DNA of 64,000 nt from contig CP179887.1 of the NCBI GenBank assembly GCA_047456295.1, positions 45,944 through 109,943 on the forward strand. Reading direction: 5' to 3'. Below are positions 18,716-29,093 of this stretch, one piece after another. Positions within the stretch are counted from its first letter, which is position 1, and every line of letters starts with the position of its first letter. Below the pieces are notes generated by a model. The model did no database searches. It was not told the DNA's origin and saw nothing but the letters and a program-made list of their open reading frames with translations. The translations under genes were made by a program, and so were the position numbers. Source of the stretch: Candidatus Nealsonbacteria bacterium (GTDB lineage: Bacteria > Patescibacteriota > Minisyncoccia > Minisyncoccales > JANBVM01).

Positions 18716-19768
18716 ATGGCAAAAATTGACCTGAAAACCATCAAGAATAAGGCTGGAAAAGAGATTAAAAAGAGCCAGACCTTAAAGGAATTGGATAGGG
18801 TTTTTAAGAGATATCTGGGAAAAAAAGGGGATCTTTCCTGGATTTTGCGTTCTTTAAACAAGATGCCAAAAACAAAAAGGATAAAGATGGGGAAAAAGGC
18901 AAATCAGCTTAAAGAGTTTTTAGAAGAAGCGATTGCCAAAAAGAGTGGGGAAATCAGAAAAAAAACAAAGAAATCATTAGAGGGGACAGAATGGTTTGAC
19001 ATTACCATTCCTGGAAAGAAACCTGTTTCCGGTCACTTACATCCTTTAACCCAGGCAAAGAAAAAAGCCGAAGAGATTTTTCAATCAATGGGTTTTTCAA
19101 TAGCTGAAGGTCCAGAACTTGAAAGTGAATGGTATAACTTTGATGCCTTAAACTTTCCCTCAGAACATCCAGCTAGAGAGATGCAGGATACCTTGTTTAT
19201 AAAACAAAAGAATAGAGAAAGATTACCTAGTACAGCTAAGCTTTTAATGAGAACTCACACTTCTCCGGTTCAGATTCGTTATATCAAAGAAAATCAGCCT
19301 CCTCTAAGAATTATTATTCCAGGCAGGGTCTTTAGACATGAAGCCACCGATGTTTCCCATGAGATTAATTTCTATCACGTGGAAGGGTTGATGGTTGATA
19401 AGAAAATCTCGGTAGCAAATTTTAAAGCCATAATAAAGGAGTTTTTAAAAAGATTCTTTGAAAAAGAGCTTAAGATTCGTCTCCGTCCCAGTTATTTTCC
19501 TTTTACCGAACCTTCTTTTGAGATTGACTTTTCCTGCCCCATGTGTGGAGGAAAAGGATGTTCTATTTGTAAAAAAAGAGGGTGGTTGGAGATTATGGGA
19601 GCAGGAATGGTTCATCCTAATGTGTTTAAGAATGCTGGTTTGAACCCTAAAAACTGGCAGGGTTTTGCCTTTGGAATGGGATTAGACAGATTAACAATGA
19701 TGAAATACAAAATAAGCGATATTAGATTATTTTACGGAGGGGACTTGAGATTTTTAATCCAATTCTAA
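18716..19768 (+). CDS. pheS: phenylalanyl-tRNA synthetase alpha subunit
   Basis: FRHEATDVSHEINFYHVEG class II core. Confidence 0.9.
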   Translation: MAKIDLKTIKNKAGKEIKKSQTLKELDRVFKRYLGKKGDLSWILRSLNKMPKTKRIKMGKKANQLKEFLEEAIAKKSGEIRKKTKKSLEGTEWFDITIPGKKPVSGHLHPLTQAKKKAEEIFQSMGFSIAEGPELESEWYNFDALNFPSEHPAREMQDTLFIKQKNRERLPSTAKLLMRTHTSPVQIRYIKENQPPLRIIIPGRVFRHEATDVSHEINFYHVEGLMVDKKISVANFKAIIKEFLKRFFEKELKIRLRPSYFPFTEPSFEIDFSCPMCGGKGCSICKKRGWLEIMGAGMVHPNVFKNAGLNPKNWQGFAFGMGLDRLTMMKYKISDIRLFYGGDLRFLIQF

Positions 19769-19777
19769 TTCATTAAC

Positions 19778-21808
19778 ATGTTATTTTCTTATAACTGGTT
19801 ACAATCATTTTTTAAAGAAAAACTACCCAGACCCCAAAAACTAGGGGAGGTTTTAACAATGCATAGTTTTGAAGTTGAAGAAATAGAAAAAGAGAAGAAT
19901 GATTGGTTATTGGACATTGATATATTGCCAAACAGGGGTCCTGATTGTTTTTCTCATTTAGGTGTGGCCAGGGAGATTGCTGCTGTCTTAAATCTTAAAT
20001 TACGATTTGAAGATTACAAATTAAAGGAACAAGGAAACAAAACAAAAGATTACATAAAAGTAATGGTTAAAAACAAAGAGGAGTGCCTGAGATATACAGC
20101 CAGGGTTATTACAGATATTAAGGTTGCTCCTTCTCCTAAATGGATTCAAGATAGATTAAAGGCTTTGGGTTTAAAACCCATTAATAACGTGGTTGATATT
20201 TCAAATTACGTTATGCTGGAAACCGGACAACCATTGCATGCTTTTGATTTGGACAAGATATCTGATTGTAAGATAATTGTGAGAAGAGCCAAAAAAGGAG
20301 AGAAAATAATTACCTTAGACAATGAAAGGTATGAACTGGATAAGGATGTCTTGGTGATTGCTGATTCTAAAAATCCTTTGGCAATAGCTGGAATCAAAGG
20401 CGGAAAAAGAGCTGAGATAGACAAGAAGACAAAAACCATTGTTTTGGAGTCTGCTAATTTTAATCAGAGGGTTGTCCGCCGGGGTTCTAAGAAGATTGAT
20501 TTAAAAACAGATGCTTCCTGGCGATTTGAACATGGTTTGGATTTGAACTTAACTGAAACAGCAATAAACAGAGTAGCTTATTTAATGGAAGATATTGCAG
20601 ACGGAAAGATATGTCAGGGATTGGTTGATTTTTATCCTCAAAAGGTTTCTCCAAAGAAAATTAAATTGGATTTAGATTACCTTGAAGATTTGCTGGGAGT
20701 GAAAATTCCACCAAGGAAGATAAAGAATATATTAAAGAACCTGGGTTTTAGTGTCTCTCAAGATTCTTCATCTTCTCAGCTCTTAGTCTGGGTTCCAACC
20801 TTTAGATTGGATATTGCCATTCCCGAAGATCTAATCGAGGAAATTGGCAGGGTTTATGGTTATCACAGGATTCCTTCAGTTTTTCCCACAGCAGCTTTAG
20901 TTCCGCCAGAAAGAAACCTCAATATCTTCTGGGAGGATATGACAAAGAAGGTATTGAAGGAAGCTGGATTTAGCGAGATTTACAGCAATTCTTTTGTAAA
21001 TAAAAAAGAAGCAGAACTCTTTAACTACAAAGACTCTCGGTTGATAGAAACAGATAATCCCATCAGTGCTGATTACCAATATTTAAGGCCAAGTCTGATT
21101 CCAAACCTTCTGAAGAGTGTTAAGAAAAATCAAAGATTTTTTGGCAACATTAGAATTTTTGAGCTGGGAAAAATCTTTAAAAACTCAAAGGTTAAAGAAA
21201 AAAGAGCCCTTACCGGATTAATGACAGGAGATGTATTCTATGGGGCAAAAGGGATTGTAGATATGCTTTTGAATAAGCTGGGTATCAGTGATATCTGGTA
21301 TGACCAGTATCAACCCACACCAGAAGAATCAAAGATATCTATCTGGCATCCTAAAAAATGTGCTGAAATCAAGGTTGGTGGAAAAGAAATAGGATTTTTA
21401 GGAGAAATATCTGGTAAGGTGATGGAAGATTTAAAATTAAAGTCCAGGATAGTGGTTTTTGATTTTGATTTTGAAAAATTACAGAAGATTGCTTCTGAAG
21501 AACAGGAGTTCAAACCCATTTCCTCTTATCCATCAGCTGTCAGAGACATAGCAGTATTGGTTCCCAGAGATGTCTTGGTGGTAGATGTGTTGAATAAGAT
21601 TGAAGCAGCTGGAGGTAGATTGATTAGGGATATCGACCTCTTTGATATCTATGAAGGTGAAGAGATATCAGAGGGAAAAAAGAATTTAGCTTTTCATATC
21701 ATTTATCAGGCAGAAGATAGAACCCTGTCTTCAAAAGAAATAGACGGAGTTCAAAATAGGATAATTAAGGTTTTAGAAAAAGAATCAGGATGGGAGGCGA
21801 GGAGATAG
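19778..21808 (+). CDS. pheT: phenylalanyl-tRNA synthetase beta subunit (short form)
   Basis: MLFSYNWLQSF N-terminus; B3/4 and FDX-ACB-like regions; 676 aa. Confidence 0.85.
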   Translation: MLFSYNWLQSFFKEKLPRPQKLGEVLTMHSFEVEEIEKEKNDWLLDIDILPNRGPDCFSHLGVAREIAAVLNLKLRFEDYKLKEQGNKTKDYIKVMVKNKEECLRYTARVITDIKVAPSPKWIQDRLKALGLKPINNVVDISNYVMLETGQPLHAFDLDKISDCKIIVRRAKKGEKIITLDNERYELDKDVLVIADSKNPLAIAGIKGGKRAEIDKKTKTIVLESANFNQRVVRRGSKKIDLKTDASWRFEHGLDLNLTETAINRVAYLMEDIADGKICQGLVDFYPQKVSPKKIKLDLDYLEDLLGVKIPPRKIKNILKNLGFSVSQDSSSSQLLVWVPTFRLDIAIPEDLIEEIGRVYGYHRIPSVFPTAALVPPERNLNIFWEDMTKKVLKEAGFSEIYSNSFVNKKEAELFNYKDSRLIETDNPISADYQYLRPSLIPNLLKSVKKNQRFFGNIRIFELGKIFKNSKVKEKRALTGLMTGDVFYGAKGIVDMLLNKLGISDIWYDQYQPTPEESKISIWHPKKCAEIKVGGKEIGFLGEISGKVMEDLKLKSRIVVFDFDFEKLQKIASEEQEFKPISSYPSAVRDIAVLVPRDVLVVDVLNKIEAAGGRLIRDIDLFDIYEGEEISEGKKNLAFHIIYQAEDRTLSSKEIDGVQNRIIKVLEKESGWEARR

Positions 21809-21859
21809 GTTTTAATTTTAATAAAGGCAGGCTTTTTTATTTCAACCAATAGTAAAAAA

Positions 21860-24800
21860 ATGAAGAAGAAAAAAATTAAAAAGAGAAAAAAAACTAAATT
21901 AACATATACGGCAAAGGACATTTATGTGCTGCACGGTTTGGAACCCATCAGAAAAAGACCGGGAATGTATATTGGTTCAACCGGACCTGAAGGATTGCAT
22001 CATTTAATCAGGGAGTGCGTGGGAAACAGTATTGACGAAGCCATCATGGGTTATTGTAACGATATTAAGGTTTTTCTTTTGCCTGGAGACAGGATTAAGA
22101 TTGAAGACAATGGAAGGGGTATTCCTGTAGACAAGCATCCTCAGACCAAAAAATCAGCTTTGGAGACCGTAATGACCACCTTACATGCCGGAGCTAAGTT
22201 CGGAGGAAAGGTGTATGTTTCTACAGGTGGCTTGCACGGAATTGGTGTTTCCGTGGTTTGTGCCCTGTCAAGATATATGAAAGCCGAGGTTTGTCGGGAA
22301 GGCTTCAGGTATTCCCAGGAATATTCAAAGGGAAAAGTAAAAACAAAATTGAAGAAAATCGGAAGATGTAAGGACAGGGGAACGATTATTACTTTTGAAC
22401 CTGATCCTGAAATCTTTAAAGACATAAAGTTTAATAAAAAGAAGATCATAAATTATCTCCGTCAGCAGGCTTACCTGACCAAGGGCTTGAGGATTACCTT
22501 AATAGACAAAACAGTAAAGCCCAATACCACTTATAGTTTTTATTTTGAAGGAGGGATAGTTTCTTACGTTAAGTATTTAACTCAAGGCCGTAGTCTCCTT
22601 CACCGGAATACTTTTTATTGTTTTGAGGAAAAAGATGGAATCTTGGTTGAGACTGCTTTTGTTTATACCGATGAATATGAATGTTATGAAGATGCCTTTG
22701 CCAATAATATTCACACTGCTGAAGGAGGGACCCATTTGACAGGTTTCAGGAGCGCTTTAACCAGGACATTCAATGATTATGCCAGGAGGAATGAATTTTT
22801 AAAAGAAAACAGCACTAATTTCAGCGGTCAGGATACCAGAGAGGGTTTGACAGCAGTGGTTTCCATTAAAATAAGAGATCCCCAGTTTGAGGGTCAGACC
22901 AAGTCAAAGTTAGGGAATTCTGAAGCCAAGACAGTGGTTGAACACGTGGTGGGCAAGACCCTGACAGATTTCTTGGAGAGAAACCCTACTGATGCCAAGG
23001 AAATAATCCAGAGATTCATTTTAGCCCAGAAAGCAAGGAAGGCTGCTAAAGCTGCCAAAGATATTATTTTGCGAAAGAGGCTTTTAGATGGTTTAGCCCT
23101 GCCTGGAAAACTGGCTGATTGTTCTTCTAAAAACGCAGAAGAATCAGAATTATATATAGTTGAAGGCGAGTCTGCTGGAGGAAGTAGCAGGCAGGCCAGG
23201 GACCGTCACTTCCAAGCCATTCTGCCTCTTCGGGGTAAAATCCTGAATGTGGAAAGAGCCCGTCTCGATAAAATCCTTTCTTCAAAAGAAATAAAATCCT
23301 TAGTCATAGCTTTAGGTACTGCTATTGCTGAAGATTTTAATATTGAAAAAGTCAGGTATCATCGAATTATCATAATGTGTGATGCAGATAGCATAACAGG
23401 TGATACTCCTATTTTTCTTTATAACAAAGAAAAGCAAGAATTTTTCTTAAGTAAAGTAGGGGAATTTATTGAAAACTGTGATGATACCAGTGAATATATG
23501 GTCTTGACCTACAATCAAAAAAATGGGAAGCGAGAATTAAAAGAAATTCGTCAGACAATAAAGCATCCCTTAAGGACTCCACTTTACGAGATAAAAACCT
23601 ATTGCGGTTATCCTATCAAGGTAACCTCTTGTCATAGTGTTTATGTTTTTGAAAATGGAAAGGTGATAACTAAAAAGGGTGATGAGGTTAAAAAAGGAGA
23701 TTTACTCGTTTTTCCCAAAACCTTTCCTCGTCAGAACAAAGAATATATTATGTCTCTGAAAGATGTAATTTTGAATTCGGATTTTAGAAATATCTCTGTG
23801 AAGGTTCCCCAGGATTATGTAAAAGAAATACCATTAAGGGCCTGGTGTGAATTGGATTCCCCTTTATGGAATAGACTTCAGAAAAAAAGAGAATTAGCCA
23901 GGGTTTCTCGGCGAGTAATGGGAGAATCAATTGGGATTTATGATAGGGTTATTCAGCAATGGGAACAAAAGATTGATAACGTAATGCCCAGATTCTGTCA
24001 ATTTCAAAAGTATCTGAATCAACTTGAAATAGATAATAAGAATTTAAATTACAATATTTATATTCCCTTAAAAGATTGGAAAGATAAGAATATTTCAAGA
24101 GAAACTCCATTGTATTATGGAAATCATTCTCGGATTTTAAGAACAAGGTTTGAATTAAATGATGATCTCGCTTATTTACTTGGTTTTTATTTAGGAGATG
24201 GTTGTGCTTGTCCAGAGAAAAATAGTCCAAATAGATTTTCGATTTCTTTAAACAAAGACAAGTCAGAAAAATATCTTGAGAGACTTTCTCGAATAATAAA
24301 AGAGAAATTCAATGCAAAAGCTATTTTAAACCACCGTAAAACCAATGATATCCAACTTTATTTCCATTCGTTTGAGTTTAAATTACTCTTAATAAAACTG
24401 GGTCTCTTAGGAAAGAAATGTAATGAAAAGTTTATTCCTGATATTTTCTTTAATGTTAAAAGAGAAATTCAGGAGGATTTACTTGAAGGGTTGCTCCATA
24501 GTGACGGGTTTATTACGGTCTGGCCAAAAGGTAAAGCAAAGAAAGCAATTTATGGGTGGAGATTGTCTTCCCAAAGACTGATTCAGGGAATTCTTACCAT
24601 TTTTAGGCAGTGGGGAATATTTCCAGCATACACTGTCTGTCAGACCAAGGATCATTTCAGAAGAGATGGAAAGATTATTCGTTCTAATTTTAAATCTTAC
24701 GATTTATCAATTTCTACTGTTGAATATTTACTTAAAACTGAGAAGGTTTGGACTGGACATAAAGATGCTCAAAAATTAAAGAATTATCTAAAGAAAGTGG

Positions 24801-25378
24801 ATTACAAAAAAGTCATTGGCAAGTACATAAAACCCATTTCTCAAGACTTCGTTGGGTTAAAGGTAAAAAAAATTAAAAAGTTAAAAAATACAGATGAATT
24901 TGTTTATGATTTTTCAGTTCAGGGAGACCAAAATTTTATAGCCGGGACAGGTGGAGTATTATTGCATAATTCTGATGGTAATCACATTAAAGCCCTGCTC
25001 TTGACTTTATTTTACCGTTACTTTAAACCTTTAATTGAGAAGGGTTATCTGTATATTGCCCAGCCTCCTCTTTATAAAATTCAAGCCGGGAAAGAGATTC
25101 AATTCGCTTATACCGAGAATCAGAAATTAAATATCTTAAAGTCAATGAAAAAAAGAGTTGGTATTTCTATTCAAAGATACAAGGGTTTAGGAGAGATGAA
25201 TGCAGGAGAGTTATGGGAAACAACCATGGATCCTGAAAATAGGATTTTACTTCAGGTCACTATTGAAGATGCCAGGGAGGCAGATAAGATTTTTGACACC
25301 TTGATGGGAAAGGAAGTTTCATCAAGAAAGAAGTTTATTCAAACCTATGCAAAAAAGGTGAAGAATCTTGATATTTAA
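21860..25378 (+). CDS. gyrB: DNA gyrase subunit B, interrupted by intein
   Basis: GHKL ATPase N-terminus; Toprim ELYIVEGESAGGS...QAILPLRGKILNV; extein RIIIMCDAD|...|SDGNHIKALLLTLFYRY around a 527-aa insert. Confidence 0.9.
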   Translation: MKKKKIKKRKKTKLTYTAKDIYVLHGLEPIRKRPGMYIGSTGPEGLHHLIRECVGNSIDEAIMGYCNDIKVFLLPGDRIKIEDNGRGIPVDKHPQTKKSALETVMTTLHAGAKFGGKVYVSTGGLHGIGVSVVCALSRYMKAEVCREGFRYSQEYSKGKVKTKLKKIGRCKDRGTIITFEPDPEIFKDIKFNKKKIINYLRQQAYLTKGLRITLIDKTVKPNTTYSFYFEGGIVSYVKYLTQGRSLLHRNTFYCFEEKDGILVETAFVYTDEYECYEDAFANNIHTAEGGTHLTGFRSALTRTFNDYARRNEFLKENSTNFSGQDTREGLTAVVSIKIRDPQFEGQTKSKLGNSEAKTVVEHVVGKTLTDFLERNPTDAKEIIQRFILAQKARKAAKAAKDIILRKRLLDGLALPGKLADCSSKNAEESELYIVEGESAGGSSRQARDRHFQAILPLRGKILNVERARLDKILSSKEIKSLVIALGTAIAEDFNIEKVRYHRIIIMCDADSITGDTPIFLYNKEKQEFFLSKVGEFIENCDDTSEYMVLTYNQKNGKRELKEIRQTIKHPLRTPLYEIKTYCGYPIKVTSCHSVYVFENGKVITKKGDEVKKGDLLVFPKTFPRQNKEYIMSLKDVILNSDFRNISVKVPQDYVKEIPLRAWCELDSPLWNRLQKKRELARVSRRVMGESIGIYDRVIQQWEQKIDNVMPRFCQFQKYLNQLEIDNKNLNYNIYIPLKDWKDKNISRETPLYYGNHSRILRTRFELNDDLAYLLGFYLGDGCACPEKNSPNRFSISLNKDKSEKYLERLSRIIKEKFNAKAILNHRKTNDIQLYFHSFEFKLLLIKLGLLGKKCNEKFIPDIFFNVKREIQEDLLEGLLHSDGFITVWPKGKAKKAIYGWRLSSQRLIQGILTIFRQWGIFPAYTVCQTKDHFRRDGKIIRSNFKSYDLSISTVEYLLKTEKVWTGHKDAQKLKNYLKKVDYKKVIGKYIKPISQDFVGLKVKKIKKLKNTDEFVYDFSVQGDQNFIAGTGGVLLHNSDGNHIKALLLTLFYRYFKPLIEKGYLYIAQPPLYKIQAGKEIQFAYTENQKLNILKSMKKRVGISIQRYKGLGEMNAGELWETTMDPENRILLQVTIEDAREADKIFDTLMGKEVSSRKKFIQTYAKKVKNLDI
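23390..24970 (+). mobile_element. GyrB intein (Ser1...His-Asn, +1 Ser) with LAGLIDADG homing endonuclease domain
   Basis: block A SITGDTPIF; LAGLIDADG-like LLGFYLGDGCA and LLEGLLHSDGF; terminal VLLHN followed by S; 1581 nt in frame. Confidence 0.8.
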
Positions 25379-25393
25379 CATTGAAAAAATAAT

Positions 25394-25594
25394 ATGAATT
25401 TTAAAAATATTCCCATAAAAATTAATACCTTTTTTAAAGAAATCAAGGTAGAGATTAGGAAGGTTAATTGGCCAACAAGAAAGGAAACCATAAGAGATAC
25501 CTTGATTGTCATCGGGGTTTCAATAGTAGTTGCCATATTTTTAGGTGGAATAGATTTTCTCTTTACCACCTTATTAAATAGATTTATACTTTAG
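25394..25594 (+). CDS. secE: preprotein translocase subunit SecE
   Basis: 66 aa, KVNWPTRKE motif and C-terminal TM. Confidence 0.8.
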   Translation: MNFKNIPIKINTFFKEIKVEIRKVNWPTRKETIRDTLIVIGVSIVVAIFLGGIDFLFTTLLNRFIL

Positions 25595-25598
25595 AAAT

Positions 25599-26144
25599 AT
25601 GCCAAAGCAAAAAATAATCCAAAAGAGAAGCTGGTATGTGCTCCATACCTATTCAGGGTATGAAGAATCTGTGGCCAAGAATTTAAGACAAAGGATTGAG
25701 TCTTTGGGTATGGAAGATAAAATCTTTAATGTTATTGTTCCCAAGGAAAAAAAGATAAAGATTAAAGCAGGCAAGAGAAAGGTGATTGAAGAAAAGATTT
25801 ATCCAGGTTATGTGCTGGTGGAAATGATTGTTACAGATGATTCCTGGTATGTTGTCAGGAATACCCCTAACGTTACTGGTTTTATCGGGGCTGGTACCAT
25901 TCCTATTCCGGTTTCAGAAAAAGAGATTAATGACCTGAAAAAGAGGATGGAGGTGAAAGAGCCCCAGTACAAGATTAAGGTTAAAATTGGTGATTTGGTA
26001 AAGATTACAGATGGTCCTTTTAAGGATTTTGAAGGCAAGGTTTCTGAGATTGATGAAGAAAAGGGGAAGATAAAGGTCTTGGTAAATATATTTGGAAGAG
26101 ACACGCCTGTTGAGTTAGATTCCCTCCAGGCCAAGAAGCTTTAA
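25599..26144 (+). CDS. nusG: transcription antitermination factor NusG
   Basis: [14 protein letters not shown] domain and KOW motif [15 protein letters not shown]. Confidence 0.9.
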   Translation: MPKQKIIQKRSWYVLHTYSGYEESVAKNLRQRIESLGMEDKIFNVIVPKEKKIKIKAGKRKVIEEKIYPGYVLVEMIVTDDSWYVVRNTPNVTGFIGAGTIPIPVSEKEINDLKKRMEVKEPQYKIKVKIGDLVKITDGPFKDFEGKVSEIDEEKGKIKVLVNIFGRDTPVELDSLQAKKL

Positions 26145-26170
26145 TATTAAACCTATCTAATGACAAGATT

Positions 26171-26593
26171 ATGGCAAAAAAAATAAAAGCCGTCATAAAA
26201 TTACAGATTCCAGGAGGTAAAGCTACTCCTGCACCTCCTGTAGGGCCTTCTTTGGCCCAGCATGGATTAAATATTGCTGAATTCTGCAAGAAGTTTAATG
26301 ATGCAACCCAGAATCAGCAGGGAGCTAAGATTCCTGTAGTGGTTACCATATATGAGGACAAGAGTTATACCTTTAAGACAAAGCAACCCTTGATCTCTGA
26401 TTTATTGAAAAAAGCAGCTGGTATTGAGAAGGGTTCAGGAGAGCCTAACAGAAAAAAGGTGGGCAAGATTACAAAAGAACAGCTAAGAAAGATAGCTGAA
26501 CAAAAGATAGCTGATTTAAATACCGAAGACATAGAAAAAGCAATGAAGATTATACAGGCTACAGCTAAAAACATGGGAATAGAAGTTCAATAA
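26171..26593 (+). CDS. rplK: 50S ribosomal protein L11
   Basis: [24 protein letters not shown] signature. Confidence 0.9.
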   Translation: MAKKIKAVIKLQIPGGKATPAPPVGPSLAQHGLNIAEFCKKFNDATQNQQGAKIPVVVTIYEDKSYTFKTKQPLISDLLKKAAGIEKGSGEPNRKKVGKITKEQLRKIAEQKIADLNTEDIEKAMKIIQATAKNMGIEVQ

Positions 26594-26602
26594 ACAATCT
26601 CT

Positions 26603-27082
26603 ATGTTAAATTCAAGAATCAATTTGAAAATAGCAGTAATTATCCTTGGCATTGCCATAATAGGAGCATTAATTTTAATTCAGAATGAGTATTCTTTAAC
26701 CAAAAAAGAGATAGATGATTTGATTGAAAATCAGTTTGTTGATTTCCAGTATCAGAAAAGAAAAGCTGTTCAGGAAGAAACAGTATATATCATTAATAAG
26801 GGAAATGAGGACGTGCTCTACTATGAAATAGTGCCTTCTGAAGACTCAACTGTCTTTTCCTTGCTGGAGGAGTTAAGCCAGAGAGAGAATTTTGAGCTAG
26901 AATCAACCTTATATGAGGGAATGGGCGTATTTGTTGAAAGTATTGATGGTCTCAGGAATGGAACCCAAGATAAATATTGGCAATACTGGGTTAATAATGA
27001 ATTGCCCCAGGTTGCTGCAGATAAAATGCAGATTAAGAAAAATGATGTTATTGAGTGGAGATTTGAGGCTTCTACTTTTTAG
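26603..27082 (+). CDS. membrane-anchored DUF4430-like protein (family linked to cobalamin-binding/uptake loci)
   Basis: N-terminal TM; C-terminal YWQYWVNNELPQVAADKMQIKKNDVIEWRF resembles DUF4430 signature (from memory). Confidence 0.5.
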   Translation: MLNSRINLKIAVIILGIAIIGALILIQNEYSLTKKEIDDLIENQFVDFQYQKRKAVQEETVYIINKGNEDVLYYEIVPSEDSTVFSLLEELSQRENFELESTLYEGMGVFVESIDGLRNGTQDKYWQYWVNNELPQVAADKMQIKKNDVIEWRFEASTF

Positions 27083-27108
27083 TACGTATTTAACAATCCA
27101 TAAATTAA

Positions 27109-27678
27109 ATGGACTATAAAAAGCTTTTTTTTACTATTTTAATTATCATCTTCGGAGTTATTTTTCGCATTTTTTTGAATGAAACAATAGGTATTCCTAA
27201 TTTTGAAGCAGTAACTGCTTTATCTTTGCTTTCAGGGGTGTTTGTGGGAGGTGTTTACAGTATTTTAATTCCCCTTTCCATCATGTTTTTTTCTGACCTT
27301 TATTTTGGCAATACCTTTATTTATCTTTTTACCTGGTCAGCCTTTGTCTTGATTGGAATTTCTGGTAATATATTCAAGAGGGATTCTAAACATTATTTGC
27401 TTAAAATTACAGGTTCAGGAGTTTTGTCTGTTTTATTTTTTTATTTGTGGACGAATCTTGGCTGGTGGCTGATTTCTGGGATGTATCCCATGAGTTTTTC
27501 AGGTTTGATTCAATGTTATATTGCTGCCCTTGCTTTTTTAAAGAATCAACTTATTTCCGTGATTCTTTTTGTTCCTGGTTTCAATGTTATTTTTTCTTTT
27601 CTTATTGATAAGGTTTTTTCTTCTTCTCAAAAGGTAAAAAAGCATGGAACCTTTATTTTACCCGAAATTAATCATTAA
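27109..27678 (+). CDS. polytopic membrane protein (possible S-component-like transporter)
   Basis: ~6 predicted TM helices, 189 aa. Confidence 0.45.
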   Translation: MDYKKLFFTILIIIFGVIFRIFLNETIGIPNFEAVTALSLLSGVFVGGVYSILIPLSIMFFSDLYFGNTFIYLFTWSAFVLIGISGNIFKRDSKHYLLKITGSGVLSVLFFYLWTNLGWWLISGMYPMSFSGLIQCYIAALAFLKNQLISVILFVPGFNVIFSFLIDKVFSSSQKVKKHGTFILPEINH

Positions 27679-27699
27679 GATTATATTATTTTAATTTAT

Positions 27700-28266
27700 A
27701 TGATTCTTTCTGACAGAGACATCAAAAAATATATTAAAATGGGTAAGATTAAAATAAATCCCGAACCTGATTTTAAAAAACAGTTAGGTTCAGCTTCTTT
27801 AGATTTAAGACTGGGAAATGAATTCAGGGTTTTTAACCACGTAAAAAAACCGTTTATTGATACCAAAGATCCAAAGACTTTTAAGAATATAACCCATTTG
27901 ATAAAGATAAAAGATAAAGAACCTTTTGTTTTCCAGCCAGGCCAATTTATTTTAGGGGTGACCTTAGAGGAGATTTCTCTGCCCGATGGCGTGGCAGCCA
28001 GGGTTGATGGAAGGAGCAGCATTGGAAGACTGGGAATTGTTGTTCATTCCACTGCCGGACATGTTGATGCCGGATTTAGGGGAAGAATTAATCTTGAGAT
28101 GGAGAATATTGGAATGATGCCCGTTCTTTTGTATCCTGGAACAAGGATCTGCCAGTTGGTTTTTGAATTGCTTTCTTCACCAGCTGAGATTCCTTATTAC
28201 AAAAAGAAAGGGGCAAAATATTTAGGAACAAAATCCCCGGAAGAAAGCAAGCTTGAAAAAATATGA
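27700..28266 (+). CDS. dcd: dCTP deaminase (dUTPase superfamily)
   Basis: MILSDRDIKKYI...SASLDLRLG...GRSSIGRLG motifs. Confidence 0.85.
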   Translation: MILSDRDIKKYIKMGKIKINPEPDFKKQLGSASLDLRLGNEFRVFNHVKKPFIDTKDPKTFKNITHLIKIKDKEPFVFQPGQFILGVTLEEISLPDGVAARVDGRSSIGRLGIVVHSTAGHVDAGFRGRINLEMENIGMMPVLLYPGTRICQLVFELLSSPAEIPYYKKKGAKYLGTKSPEESKLEKI

Positions 28267-29093
28267 ATGATTGGCCCAAGGTAGAAGGAAGATATAAAGT
28301 GGGAAACAAGACCTCTCCCATTGCTGTTTGTACCAATGCCAGTATTGATGACATAGAGATTGACCTTAAAAAAATAGCAATTATTGGAAAGTGTGTTACA
28401 GAGAACATTGGCATTGAAAAGATAATCCAGAATATAGTTTCCAATCCTAATATAAGGTATTTGATTCTTTGCGGAAAGAAATCAAAGGGTCATTTTATCT
28501 CCCAGGCAATTGAATCTTTAAAGAAAAATGGCATTGACCAAGATAAGAGAATCATTGGAGCTGCAGGCAACATGCCTTATTTAAGAAATATTGATGAAGA
28601 ATTAATTGAAAGGTTCAGGAAACAGGTAGAAATAATCAATATGGCAGGGGAGACCAACAGCCAAAAAATTGAAACAATGGTAGATAAATTATTAGAAGGA
28701 AAAACAGAGGAGTTTAAAGGTGAAGCTGTTCAAATTAAAAAAACAGAGGAGATTGAAGCTAAACCAGCAAAATGGATTGCTGACCCTAAAGGTTATTTTG
28801 TAATATCCCTTAACAATGAAAGAACTAAGATTATGGTTGATCATTATATAAAAGGGGAGATCAACAAAAGAATTATTGGCAAGAATGCCAAGGAAATCTG
28901 TGATACCATTGCCAGATTAAAACTCATAGGAGAGTTTGAACAGTCTTTGGAGCATTCCATGTATTTGGGAAGAGAACTTGAAAAAGCAGAAATAGCCTTA
29001 AGGGAAAACCTTGATTTTGAACAGGACAAGGAATTAAAAATTAAAAAGCTTAAAAAACAAGAGCCAACCAATGAATACGGTTGGTTTGATTAA
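28263..29093 (+). CDS. MtrA-like (cobamide-binding methyltransferase subunit A homolog) protein
   Basis: SPIAVCTNAS...TENIGIEKIIQNIVSNPNIRYLILCGKKSKGHFISQA...NGIDQDKRIIGAAGNMPYL...RFRKQVEI recalled as MtrA-family signature; start overlaps dcd stop by 4 nt. Confidence 0.5.
   Translation: MNDWPKVEGRYKVGNKTSPIAVCTNASIDDIEIDLKKIAIIGKCVTENIGIEKIIQNIVSNPNIRYLILCGKKSKGHFISQAIESLKKNGIDQDKRIIGAAGNMPYLRNIDEELIERFRKQVEIINMAGETNSQKIETMVDKLLEGKTEEFKGEAVQIKKTEEIEAKPAKWIADPKGYFVISLNNERTKIMVDHYIKGEINKRIIGKNAKEICDTIARLKLIGEFEQSLEHSMYLGRELEKAEIALRENLDFEQDKELKIKKLKKQEPTNEYGWFD

Noticed and set aside
23372-23392. Intein starting at Cys (CDADSITGD...)
   Set aside because: CDAD matches the conserved extein TDAD of GyrB. 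Block A fits better starting at Ser511 (SITGDTPIF), which also restores the DAD|SDG extein junction.
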